Below, in pieces: positions 46,012 to 54,741 of a DNA stretch of 64,000 bases; within the stretch, counting starts at the first letter, position 1; each line of letters begins with the position of its first letter. A program made the translations under genes and the position numbers. A model generated the notes under the pieces. The model saw nothing but the letters and a program-made list of their open reading frames with translations. It was not told the DNA's origin and searched no databases. Where the stretch lies: IMG/VR virus record IMGVR_UViG_3300005542_000007, positions 64,001 through 128,000 of that record; one strand, 5' to 3'. The stretch comes from a virus.

Positions 46012-46524
46012 ATGAACAAGAAAACAGTAATGGCCATTCTGTTTACAAGTTTATTTGTTGCTTCTTTGGCTTCTGCCAATTGCGGCAGCAATGGTAATGG
46101 AAACGGAAACGGTTGTGGTGGTAGTACAGGTTCTGGATCACAAGGTCCCGCAGGTCCTCAAGGACCGCAGGGAAATTCTGGAAGCAACGGAACTAATGGT
46201 GCAAATGGTTTAAACGGAGTGGCTGGAGCAAATGGAACTAACGGAATAAATGGCATTAACGGAGTTGATGCTGTAAATCAATCTCGCCTACTTGGTGAGT
46301 TGGACCTTCGAATCTGGGATACAAAGCGCACGTCTTTCTATGCCTTTGATTCTTATGGGTTCGATGACGCTCCTGGACACGATGTATTATTGGATGGCCG
46401 TAATGCCTTTTATGGCGCTAAGTTTGTTGTTAAGCTTGGCTCCTCATATGAGGAACGAATGTTGGATAAGCAAGCGGCTCAGATTAAGGCGCTTGAAGCA
46501 GCCCTAGAAAAGTTGTCCAAGTAG
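46012..46524 (+). CDS. Secreted collagen-like repeat protein
   Basis: Signal peptide; GPAGPQGPQG and G-x-N triplets; C-terminal RIWD...YAFDSY...KLGSSYEE domain. Confidence 0.7.
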   Translation: MNKKTVMAILFTSLFVASLASANCGSNGNGNGNGCGGSTGSGSQGPAGPQGPQGNSGSNGTNGANGLNGVAGANGTNGINGINGVDAVNQSRLLGELDLRIWDTKRTSFYAFDSYGFDDAPGHDVLLDGRNAFYGAKFVVKLGSSYEERMLDKQAAQIKALEAALEKLSK

Positions 46525-46748
46525 ACTTTCCTCCGTTCCTGGGGTGCTTCCTCCCCGATGGTGGTTAGCATCGAGCGGGAACGGGGATGAAGTCTTAAAA
46601 TAGAAAGGAATAAAATGGAAATTATAAGAGATTACGAAGAAGTATTGAGTATGGCGATGCCACATCCAATGGAATCAGTTATGGGACGATTGGTTACAAA
46701 AGGAATTGTTCCTGAAGAAGCCGCCCGAAGATTCTTGTTGGAAACGAA

Positions 46749-47012
46749 ATGAAAATCCTTCCCCTCTTGTTCTTGAGTAGTACGGTGCTTGCCTACGACC
46801 AGCCAAGGGTTGAAGATCCACATACCGTACTGTCAAAGCTCGACCACATCATTTCTTTGAAAAACACCAACGTCAGCTTGCGCGGAGTAAATGATGTGAA
46901 CCTAACCCACAAGCTTGTTGGGTCTTCTCGATTGAATTTTGAAGGATACGGCAGGTACAATTTAACACGGCATGATTCTGAAAGTGGCGTACACTTCAAA
47001 TTCAAATGGTAA
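46749..47012 (+). CDS. Small secreted protein with outer-membrane beta-signal-like end
   Basis: Signal peptide MKILPLLFLSSTVLA; ends GVHFKFKW. Confidence 0.5.
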   Translation: MKILPLLFLSSTVLAYDQPRVEDPHTVLSKLDHIISLKNTNVSLRGVNDVNLTHKLVGSSRLNFEGYGRYNLTRHDSESGVHFKFKW

Positions 47013-47239
47013 AATTAGCAATACATCGAGGCAGCAAATTTGTAGCCAAAAACACCTTCTTCGAAAATGTCGATCAAGTTGTTATTTTTGAGGGAATACA
47101 AAAGACAGGATTTGCTGATTTTCCAGATTTCCCAATCTACACTCTCACAAGGAAAGTAGATAGTCACCCAGAAGGAAGTACCATCTCTCGCATGGAATTA
47201 AAGAAGTATGGGTACGTTTTGCCAGAAGAGGCTCCTTAG
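47006..47239 (+). CDS. Hypothetical protein
   Basis: 77-aa ORF. Confidence 0.45.
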   Translation: MVKLAIHRGSKFVAKNTFFENVDQVVIFEGIQKTGFADFPDFPIYTLTRKVDSHPEGSTISRMELKKYGYVLPEEAP

Positions 47240-47372
47240 AGTGGAACCCAAAATTGTTAATTTGATTTGTCCTAAGTGCCGTCTGACCTGGATGTGCAAA
47301 AATGGTAGTGATAAATTTTACTTTTGTTACGCCTGTTCGTTTATTTTATTCGATAAGCAGGTTGAAGGCGGC

Positions 47373-47401
47373 TTGACAAACAACAAAGGGTCTGGTATAA
47401 T
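47373..47401 (+). promoter_or_regulatory. Consensus sigma70 promoter, probable leaderless transcript
   Basis: TTGACA-17-TATAAT with TG extension; ATG at 47409. Confidence 0.8.
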
Positions 47402-47408
47402 GAAATGT

Positions 47409-47555
47409 ATGAGAACCAAACTATACAATTTTTTCAATAGCCCTTGGGTTGCCTTCCCATTGATGATCCTTCTTGTGGCCGCACTTTTTGTTGTAGCAAT
47501 AAAATGTCAGTCCTGGCATTTCCTAAAACTTTCATGTTTGGAGAGAGCGTTATGA
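47409..47555 (+). CDS. Small membrane protein
   Basis: Single hydrophobic helix WVAFPLMILLVAALFVVAI. Confidence 0.5.
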   Translation: MRTKLYNFFNSPWVAFPLMILLVAALFVVAIKCQSWHFLKLSCLERAL

Positions 47556-47775
47556 AACACGTTAATAAACGAGCTTTGGTTTTGGCGTTGTTAGATTTGA
47601 TTGCAGTTATTCTTTTGCTTTTGGTGAGGTAACGGTATGGAAAATAACGGCCACAAATACAAGCACCATTGCAAGGCACAAGCTGGGAATTGTCCTTGGT
47701 GTACCAAATGTGAGAATTGTGGAGAGATTTGGATTAACTGTTCGTATAAAGAATGTTTAAAAAAAGGATAATTAA

Positions 47776-48180
47776 ATGGCTTCAAAAGAATATATGCGTA
47801 ATTGGTACTTAAAAAATAGGGAAAGAAATTTGGAGAAGGCCAAAATTTATCGTCAATCTTATCCAGGGGCTCAACGAATGAGAGAAAAACGTTTACGTGG
47901 GCAGACATTTATAAATGAAGCAAAAAATAAACCTTGTATGGATTGTGGTGTTCGTTATGCTTCTTGGATAATGCAGTTTGACCACAGAGATCCAACACAA
48001 AAGAGATTTACAATTTCATCTTCTACTTCCCGTTCCTTTGTAGATTTACAAATTGAAATGGATAAATGCGATGTTGTATGTGCTAATTGTCATGCAGAAA
48101 GAACGCATAAATTAGGTAAATTGTTTAGACCAGGAAGACCAGTCGCGGAACGGAAATATACTAAAAGGAGTCCAAAGTGA
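47776..48180 (+). mobile_element. HNH endonuclease
   Basis: PCMDCG...MQFDHRDP...KCDVVCANCH. Confidence 0.88.
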
Positions 48181-48803
48181 ATATTATCCCCACTGTGGTA
48201 GAAAAAATGACCGGAGCGGGGTCAATGGTTTCCTACGACCTCCTTTCCCGTTTGATGCAAGATAGAATTTTATTCGTAGGTGGCAATCACGGAGCCATAA
48301 GTTTGGACGATGCTAATATCCTAATTTCGCAGCTTCTTTATTTGGATTCGATTGACCCAGGTAAGAAAATTGAAATGTACATCAATTCTCCAGGTGGGGA
48401 GGTTTCAGCGGGCCTTGCTATTCTGGATACAATGAATCACATCCAAAGTCCTATCACGACAATCTGTTTAGGAATGGCAATGTCTTTTGGGGCTGTTCTA
48501 TTGAGTGCTGGGGAACCGGGAAAACGTTTTGCTCTTCCAAATGCCCGTATCATGATTCACCAACCATTGATTTCTGGAGGTGGGATATCGGGTCAGGCGA
48601 CTGACATTGAAATTGAAGCAAAGGAAATGACTCATTGCAAAACATCCCTTACAAAAATCCTCGCAGCCAACTGCAATCAGAAATACGAGAAGGTTTTGAA
48701 GGATTGCGAACGCAATTTTTATATGTCAGCAGAGGAAGCAAAAGAGTATGGGTTGATTGATAACGTGATTGTTCCGCACAGGAAATTGGATAAACACGTT
48801 TAG
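48177..48803 (+). CDS. clpP: ClpP protease proteolytic subunit
   Basis: YDLLSRL..DRIL, YINSPGG, GMAMSFG (Ser), RIMIHQP (His), GQATDI, MSAEEAKEYGLID; ERN replaces the usual ERD at the triad Asp. Confidence 0.93.
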   Translation: MNIIPTVVEKMTGAGSMVSYDLLSRLMQDRILFVGGNHGAISLDDANILISQLLYLDSIDPGKKIEMYINSPGGEVSAGLAILDTMNHIQSPITTICLGMAMSFGAVLLSAGEPGKRFALPNARIMIHQPLISGGGISGQATDIEIEAKEMTHCKTSLTKILAANCNQKYEKVLKDCERNFYMSAEEAKEYGLIDNVIVPHRKLDKHV

Positions 48804-48967
48804 AAAATGAGAAACAAGAAAAAAGCAAAACGGATAAAGAAAGCACCTAGGAAAAAGTTGGCGGTTAAACCAGCGGTAGATTGTGTCTGCCCTGAAAATG
48901 ATTGGGAAACTTCTGATGAACAAAGCTTCTTTGGAAGTGGCGACTTCCTTTACGATGATCTTCTTTA

Positions 48968-49156
48968 ATGAAAACGTTGCGTAAACCAGCCATACCTTGC
49001 ATTTGTGGACACAGCCGGACATCTCATAAAGGTTGGGGACATTGGAAAGTATGTATGGACCCGCTTATTGATTTTGAAGAGTGTGAATGCGATAAATATG
49101 TTCCAGACAATCTCTCTTACATAGAGAAGCTTGCAAAAAAGAAAAAGCTAGTATGA
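48968..49156 (+). CDS. DNL-tail Cys/His family member 5
   Basis: CICGH...H...CEC...DNLSYIEKLAKKKKLV. Confidence 0.7.
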   Translation: MKTLRKPAIPCICGHSRTSHKGWGHWKVCMDPLIDFEECECDKYVPDNLSYIEKLAKKKKLV

Positions 49157-49929
49157 TAAAATTAAACGGCAGAACAATTACTCCGACCGTATTTCCCGAC
49201 CACTCTTCCCAGGTGTGGAAGGTGCCGGAAGAGTGTTTCCATGTACCAGGGAATGTCATTACTTGGGAATTTGAGAACGAGGCTGAATTTTTACACGTCG
49301 CACAACTCAAGGACCTTATCCACAGCGTGGTGGGATATGGGGAAGTGATTTTGGACCTTCCCTACCTTCCTTACGCAAGACAGGATAAAGAAGTTTCAAA
49401 TAAATCGACCTTTGCACTGCATACGTTTGCAAGGTTGTTAAATTCATTGGAATTTACGAAGGTTGTGGTTTTTGACGCACACAACTACTCTTTGTCGTAT
49501 GAGTTGATTAATTGTCTCGACATTGTTATCCCGGACATCGAACCTCTTGCCAAAGAATTAAATGCTACGGTTGTATACCCAGATTCTGGTGCCGGGACAC
49601 GCTACCAAGATTCTTCAGTTGGGGACGTTATCATTTGTGAGAAAGAAAGAGATCCCTTGACAGGTGAAATCAAAGGTCTTTTAATCAACGATAACATTGA
49701 AGCCGGAACTTATTTGATTGCGGATGACATTTGCGACGGTGGCAGGACGTTCATTGAAGTGGCTAAGAAGCTTTACAAATTCGGAGCTACAGAAGTGCAT
49801 TTGTATGTGTCACATGGGATTTTTTCAAAAGGGCTGCAAGTATTACGAGATGCTGGAATCAAACGAATCTTTACACGAAAAGGAGAAGTACATGAGCAAC
49901 GATTATTTGCCAGCGACACTACTGTGTGA
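49153..49929 (+). CDS. Ribose-phosphate pyrophosphokinase-like enzyme (candidate Adps)
   Basis: FPD, LPYLPYARQD, D.H, YPD.GA, IADDICDGGRTF, VSHGIFS. Confidence 0.88.
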   Translation: MIKLNGRTITPTVFPDHSSQVWKVPEECFHVPGNVITWEFENEAEFLHVAQLKDLIHSVVGYGEVILDLPYLPYARQDKEVSNKSTFALHTFARLLNSLEFTKVVVFDAHNYSLSYELINCLDIVIPDIEPLAKELNATVVYPDSGAGTRYQDSSVGDVIICEKERDPLTGEIKGLLINDNIEAGTYLIADDICDGGRTFIEVAKKLYKFGATEVHLYVSHGIFSKGLQVLRDAGIKRIFTRKGEVHEQRLFASDTTV

Positions 49930-51403
49930 TTTCTACAAGGTCAGCCACCGCGCCCAGTATCCAAAAGGGACGGAAGTGGTGTATTCAACGTGGACGCCAA
50001 GAACATCTCGTTTACTCGACGTTCAGGAAGTGGTTCACTTTGGTGCCCAGGCATTCATCAAAGAATTCCTGATTGAATTCTTCAACAAGAATTTCTTTGA
50101 GCGAGAGCAGGAAGATGTTGTGAACGAATACAAACGAGTGATTCAGTATGCTTTGGGTGATTCTGCTCCCGCCTTTGAGCACATTATTGAATTGCACAAT
50201 TTGGGTTACTTACCGCTTAAAATTAAATCGTTGCCAGAAGGCTCCGTGGTTCCTCTTAGGGTTCCTACATTAACAGTTCAAAATACCCATCCTAAGTTTT
50301 TCTGGCTCACCAACTATATTGAAACTCTCCTTTCTGCCGAGATGTGGCAAGCTTCCACTTCCGCCACAATTGCCAGAGAGTATCGAAGAGTGTTTGAAAA
50401 GTACGCTTTGGAAACGGCTGGCGGTATTGATTTCGTTCAGTTTCAAGGCCACGACTTCTCTATGCGTGGTATGGGAACAGTAGCATCTGCCATAAAGAGC
50501 GGCATGGGACATCTGCTTTCTTTTGCAGGAACGGATACAATTCCAGCAATTCTGGGCTTGGAGCATTACTACAACGCCAACATTGAAAAGGAATTGGTTG
50601 GTACTTCAATCCCTGCTACAGAGCATTCTGTGATGTGTGCTAATGGTCGTGATGAATTCGCCGCTTATAAACGAATTATTACAGAGGTATACCCCAAGGG
50701 ATTTGTATCTATTGTGTCGGATACTTGGGATTTGTGGGAAGTGTTGGATAAAGTAGTTCGTCCTTTGAAGGACACAATCCTTGCTCGTGAAGGCAAAGTA
50801 GTTATTCGTCCAGATAGCGGAGACCCAGTTAAGATTGTTACGGGCGACCCAGAAGGAAAGACAGAGGCAGCACGTAAAGGCGTAATTGAAATCCTGTGGG
50901 ATATTTTTGGCGGCACGTATAACATTGTATGGGACGGTGAGAAAAATGTTGGATACAGGCAACTCGACCCACACATTGGTTGTATTTATGGGGATGCTAT
51001 TACTCGAACTCGTGCTCAGGATATTTGTGAAAGGCTAAAGGCAAAAGGCTTTGCCTCGACCAATATGGTATACGGCATTGGCTCTTATACATACCAGTAT
51101 AATACTCGTGATACTTTTGGGTATGCTATGAAGAGTACCCTTTGTGTTATTAACGGGCAAGAAGTTCAAATCTTCAAAGATCCTGTTACAGATAACGGAG
51201 TAAAAAAGTCACAGAAAGGTGGAGTAAGAGTATTCGAACATAATGGAGAATTAGTATATTTGGATCAATTTTCCTTGGCCGAATCTAATGAAAACACACT
51301 GCTAAGGGATGTATTCGTCGATGGTAAACTATTGGTGGATGAGAAGTTTTCAGATATCAAGGCAAGAGTTCTTCAATCGTTGGAACAAAAAGCTTCTGTA
51401 TGA
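49892..51403 (+). CDS. Nicotinamide phosphoribosyltransferase-like enzyme (candidate Namat)
   Basis: DFYKVSHR.QYP, HDFSMRG, SIPATEHSVM, SIVSDTWD, VIRPDSGDP, IYGDAIT, KDP.TD; AAGGAG RBS before ATG 49892. Confidence 0.92.
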   Translation: MSNDYLPATLLCDFYKVSHRAQYPKGTEVVYSTWTPRTSRLLDVQEVVHFGAQAFIKEFLIEFFNKNFFEREQEDVVNEYKRVIQYALGDSAPAFEHIIELHNLGYLPLKIKSLPEGSVVPLRVPTLTVQNTHPKFFWLTNYIETLLSAEMWQASTSATIAREYRRVFEKYALETAGGIDFVQFQGHDFSMRGMGTVASAIKSGMGHLLSFAGTDTIPAILGLEHYYNANIEKELVGTSIPATEHSVMCANGRDEFAAYKRIITEVYPKGFVSIVSDTWDLWEVLDKVVRPLKDTILAREGKVVIRPDSGDPVKIVTGDPEGKTEAARKGVIEILWDIFGGTYNIVWDGEKNVGYRQLDPHIGCIYGDAITRTRAQDICERLKAKGFASTNMVYGIGSYTYQYNTRDTFGYAMKSTLCVINGQEVQIFKDPVTDNGVKKSQKGGVRVFEHNGELVYLDQFSLAESNENTLLRDVFVDGKLLVDEKFSDIKARVLQSLEQKASV

Positions 51404-51592
51404 AAGGGCGAAAAACTTGAGTAATTGTGGTTCTTGTGGAATTGAAGTTCCTGAAGGGCAGCGCCATTGTTCAATGTGTTACGGCGATCCCTACTATGGG
51501 AGTGATGGATATTATTTGGCGTGGTTAGAAGACGCATATCGACAGGAACAAGAGAAGCCGCAATATGAAGAAGGGCCACAGCAGGAGCCCCA

Positions 51593-51790
51593 ATGAACAA
51601 GCGTGTTGCTTACCTCTACATTCTCACAGTATTCTTTGTTGTGGGATTTTATCTGTTTGGTAAGGGTGAAGTATTTGGAATAGAAAGATACAAACACAGC
51701 AAAAATATGTATGGAGCCCTCAAAGCAGCTTATCGAATGGGATACGAAGATGCTAAAGCAGGGCGTTCTATGGACTGGGATGGGGAATAA
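51593..51790 (+). CDS. Small membrane protein
   Basis: AGGAG RBS; N-terminal TM helix. Confidence 0.55.
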   Translation: MNKRVAYLYILTVFFVVGFYLFGKGEVFGIERYKHSKNMYGALKAAYRMGYEDAKAGRSMDWDGE

Positions 51791-52713
51791 TGAAAGACCT
51801 TATTATGTCGGATGACATTCCTCCCAAACCCATAGGAATTACGAATGGGACTATTACGCTAATGGAAGATGCTTCAGGACTTGCTAGTAAATTGGTTGTT
51901 CAATATCATTACAGCCATAAAACTACTCCCAATCATTTTTTAAGTTTTCTCGTTAATAAGGACCAGGGCGCTTTACAGTTGGGGTATGGTATTCGTCCTG
52001 CTATGAAGCATACCATTTCCAAAGATATTGTAAAGGGTAACTATTGCGAGTTTGATAGGATGTGGTTAAGTGATGTGATGCCAAAGAATAGTGAAAGCCA
52101 AGTTATCGCCTTGTTGTTGAGTTACTTAAAACAAGTACACCCGAGAATTAAATTCGTTATTACTTATGCGGATGAAAGTGTGGGTAATAAAGGTACAATT
52201 TATCAAGCTACCAATGCTATAGAACTTCCCAGTGTTCCAACGGATTTTTACTTGCTTCCTTCTGGTGAACGTATTCATCCTGTAACAATGTGGCATAGGC
52301 ACAAAACCAGAGCAAAAGCTTTTGTAGAGAAACAGTATCCCGGTATTAAACACATTAAAGGAACGTATAAACAACGACGTTATTTATACATTCTTAATAA
52401 CGGTTTGCGGAGAAAGTTTCAAGAGCGAAACGATGTGCTTCCAGCACATAAGGCGAAGTGCGATTCTTCGGCTCCGCTCCAATTTAAGCAAACTAAAAGT
52501 GACGTTATTTTTAAAGAGGTGTTTGATATGAAAAAATTCAATGAAGAATACCCAAAAGTGGTAGAAGGACTGCGGTTATTTTTAGGCGAAATTTACCTTG
52601 CCTTGGAAGAGGGCAAAACCATTTCTAAGGATAATTTTGCCGAGGGTTGCAAAATGCATTTAGGAAACTTAAAACAGTTTATTAGCGACAATGAAACCCA
52701 ACGCCCTAACTAA
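51790..52713 (+). CDS. mom: Mom-family (GNAT-like) DNA adenine modification enzyme
   Basis: YHYSH, CEFDRMWL....PKNSES, ITYAD...G..GTIYQATN: Mom family motifs. Confidence 0.82.
   Translation: MKDLIMSDDIPPKPIGITNGTITLMEDASGLASKLVVQYHYSHKTTPNHFLSFLVNKDQGALQLGYGIRPAMKHTISKDIVKGNYCEFDRMWLSDVMPKNSESQVIALLLSYLKQVHPRIKFVITYADESVGNKGTIYQATNAIELPSVPTDFYLLPSGERIHPVTMWHRHKTRAKAFVEKQYPGIKHIKGTYKQRRYLYILNNGLRRKFQERNDVLPAHKAKCDSSAPLQFKQTKSDVIFKEVFDMKKFNEEYPKVVEGLRLFLGEIYLALEEGKTISKDNFAEGCKMHLGNLKQFISDNETQRPN
52407..52481 (+). tRNA. Non-canonical tRNA-Gly(TCC)-like element embedded in mom CDS
   Basis: GCGGAG/CTCCGC acceptor + T73 + CCA; GTTT/AAAC D-stem; ATGTG-CTTCCAG-CACAT anticodon arm; CGAAG-TGCGATT-CTTCG T-arm. 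Confidence 0.8.
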
Positions 52714-52864
52714 TTGCCAGAGTAAGAAAGCTTTCAAAACTCGCCAGGAAGCTGAGAGTGTAGCTTTGTCCCTTTGGTTTGACCACGAAGTTTACGTGGA
52801 TGTTTATAGCTGTCCAATCTGTGAAAATTACCATTTCACTTCTGGAGATAAAAATGACAGATAA
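52691..52864 (+). CDS. Small Zn-binding protein (not in ORF track)
   Basis: C.SKKAF.T..EA...VYSCPIC..YHFT. Confidence 0.55.
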   Translation: MKPNALTNCQSKKAFKTRQEAESVALSLWFDHEVYVDVYSCPICENYHFTSGDKNDR

Positions 52865-53015
52865 CTGTGTTCATCGAATCCTTGTCCACAAATACGATGT
52901 AGACGAGGCAATGCCGCGCATGATAGTTTACGTTTGTATGGATCGTACCTGCAACAAAGAATTTACAATTGTGATTGAAGACGAAACATATTTTGATGTG
53001 CAGGATCAAGTATGA
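52854..53015 (+). CDS. Hypothetical protein
   Basis: GGAG RBS before ATG 52854. Confidence 0.45.
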   Translation: MTDNCVHRILVHKYDVDEAMPRMIVYVCMDRTCNKEFTIVIEDETYFDVQDQV

Positions 53016-53365
53016 CAGATAAAGAACTTGAGCAGTTGAATGTCAAGATAGCTCGAAAGCTTGGTTGGAGAAAGTTTCGTTTAGAACGAACCCCAGAACC
53101 TATGAAAACCCAACGTATGACTGGAATCTCTTCAGGAAACTTTAGGCACCAATTTGTTCCGGCGTATACAAACAATCTTTCTTACGCTCTTCAAATTGTT
53201 GATTGGGCGAATCGGCATGGGTATGATTTTACATTGGGGAAATGTGCGGCTGGCGGTGCTGTATATATCGCGCATTTCAATAAACAATTCATTCCAAAAA
53301 GATATACAGGAAGAGGCACCCTTCCATCAATGGCAATTTGCATGGCATTTTTAAATATTAAGTGA
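53012..53365 (+). CDS. Phage ABA-sandwich-like domain protein
   Basis: LN.KIA..LGW...P.YT.N...A.QIV...P.MAIC.AFL. Confidence 0.6.
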   Translation: MTDKELEQLNVKIARKLGWRKFRLERTPEPMKTQRMTGISSGNFRHQFVPAYTNNLSYALQIVDWANRHGYDFTLGKCAAGGAVYIAHFNKQFIPKRYTGRGTLPSMAICMAFLNIK

Positions 53366-53562
53366 GATATTTTTTAGCTAGTTTGTTCCTCCTATCAGGC
53401 TGTTCTATGTCCAATTTTTATGTATACGGCAACAAGCCGTATTGTTTGGTCCATTATAAAAGTAAATTTGTTGAGTGTTCCTTTGACAGTATGAATGAAT
53501 GCCGGAATAGATATCGAGACCGCGAAGCAACTCTTTGTTATCCATTGAAAAATATTAAATAG
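53362..53562 (+). CDS. Small lipoprotein
   Basis: Lipobox LLSGC after hydrophobic leader. Confidence 0.6.
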   Translation: MRYFLASLFLLSGCSMSNFYVYGNKPYCLVHYKSKFVECSFDSMNECRNRYRDREATLCYPLKNIK

Positions 53563-53568
53563 GTTCAT

Positions 53569-54741
53569 TTGCGATCCCTCTACCTTTTAGCAATTCTCAT
53601 TTTCTTTAACCAGGGCATTGGCTCTCTTGCTGCCCAACCTCTCTACTACTTCCTTCGGGAAACACTTGGAATTGGCATTCCCACAATTATGATGCTTGGG
53701 GCACTTGCCAATCTTCCCTGGCTGATTAAACCCGTATGGGGATTCCTCAGTGATTCATTCAGCATTTTTGGATATCGTAGGAAGAGTTACATTATTTTGT
53801 TTTCTCTTTTAGGGACGGTTTCTTTTCTTCTTATCGGTCTTTCACCGTTTATTTCCCTTCCCGTTCTTGTCGGTCTGATGATTTTAGGGTCGATTGGAGA
53901 AGCGGGCGGGAATGTAGCCGTAAATGGTATGGGGGTAGAAGAGGGAAACAAGGATGGAACGACAGGTAAGTTTCAGAGTGTTTGTTGGGGAGCATTGGGT
54001 GTGGGTTCCGTTCTTACTGGAGTTACGGGCGGTTACATAGCGGAAAAAGCCTCATACCACCTTGCTTTCGTTATATTGGCTCTTTTCCCTATCCTGATTG
54101 CTGTAATGGCCCTCCGGCATCCAGAGCAGAAAGCAGAAGCTTCACATAAAGCTGTAGGACCCATAATTAAAGACTTTCTAATAAAATTAAAAAATAAGCA
54201 GATTTTCCTTTGCAGCTTGTTTTTATTTTTCCTTTGGTTCAGCCCCTCTTTTGGAACACCCCTTTTGGACAGGATGCGAACAGTGCTCCACATGTCAAAA
54301 GTATGGATTGGCTGGCTTGACACGATTGGGTCTGCTTGCGGAATTGTCGGAGCTATGGTATACTTTAAAGTGAGTAAGAGTATAAACATGAAGCGTTGGT
54401 TGTACTACGGAACGGTCTTAAGTGCTTTGGCTACGTTTGCGTATTTGTACCTGACACCCACCACTTTGTTTTGGTACACAATAGTGTTTGGGGTAGCTTC
54501 ACAGTTCATTCATTTGTTGATGCTGAATCTTATGGCGATGACTTGTCCAGAGGGAACGGAAGCAACCACGTATGCTTTGCTGTGTTCCCTTGTTAATTGT
54601 GCATCTTTCTTTTCTAATTTGGTTGGAGCTAAATGCTTCGCTCTATTTGGGTATAACGGGTTGATTATTATTTCAGGAGTGACAACGCTCATGTGTTTGG
54701 GATTCATTCCGTATCTTGAGGTAAACAAAAATGTCTTGTAA
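53569..54741 (+). CDS. MFS transporter, folate-biopterin (BT1/FBT) family
   Basis: About 12 TM segments; LPWLIKPVWGFLSD...FGYRRKSY, FQS.CWG, CPEG.EAT.YALL signatures. Confidence 0.85.
   Translation: MRSLYLLAILIFFNQGIGSLAAQPLYYFLRETLGIGIPTIMMLGALANLPWLIKPVWGFLSDSFSIFGYRRKSYIILFSLLGTVSFLLIGLSPFISLPVLVGLMILGSIGEAGGNVAVNGMGVEEGNKDGTTGKFQSVCWGALGVGSVLTGVTGGYIAEKASYHLAFVILALFPILIAVMALRHPEQKAEASHKAVGPIIKDFLIKLKNKQIFLCSLFLFFLWFSPSFGTPLLDRMRTVLHMSKVWIGWLDTIGSACGIVGAMVYFKVSKSINMKRWLYYGTVLSALATFAYLYLTPTTLFWYTIVFGVASQFIHLLMLNLMAMTCPEGTEATTYALLCSLVNCASFFSNLVGAKCFALFGYNGLIIISGVTTLMCLGFIPYLEVNKNVL

Noticed and set aside
49718-49891. 561-aa start for the Nampt-like ORF
   Set aside because: Extension overlaps the Prs-like gene; ATG 49892 has an AAGGAG RBS and matches the family N-terminus
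52407-52481. Gly cloverleaf as chance structure or ordinary translator tRNA
   Set aside because: Four correctly spaced stems plus Gly identity set and CCA make chance unlikely; D- and T-loop changes argue against normal translation. A decayed-tRNA origin is not fully excluded
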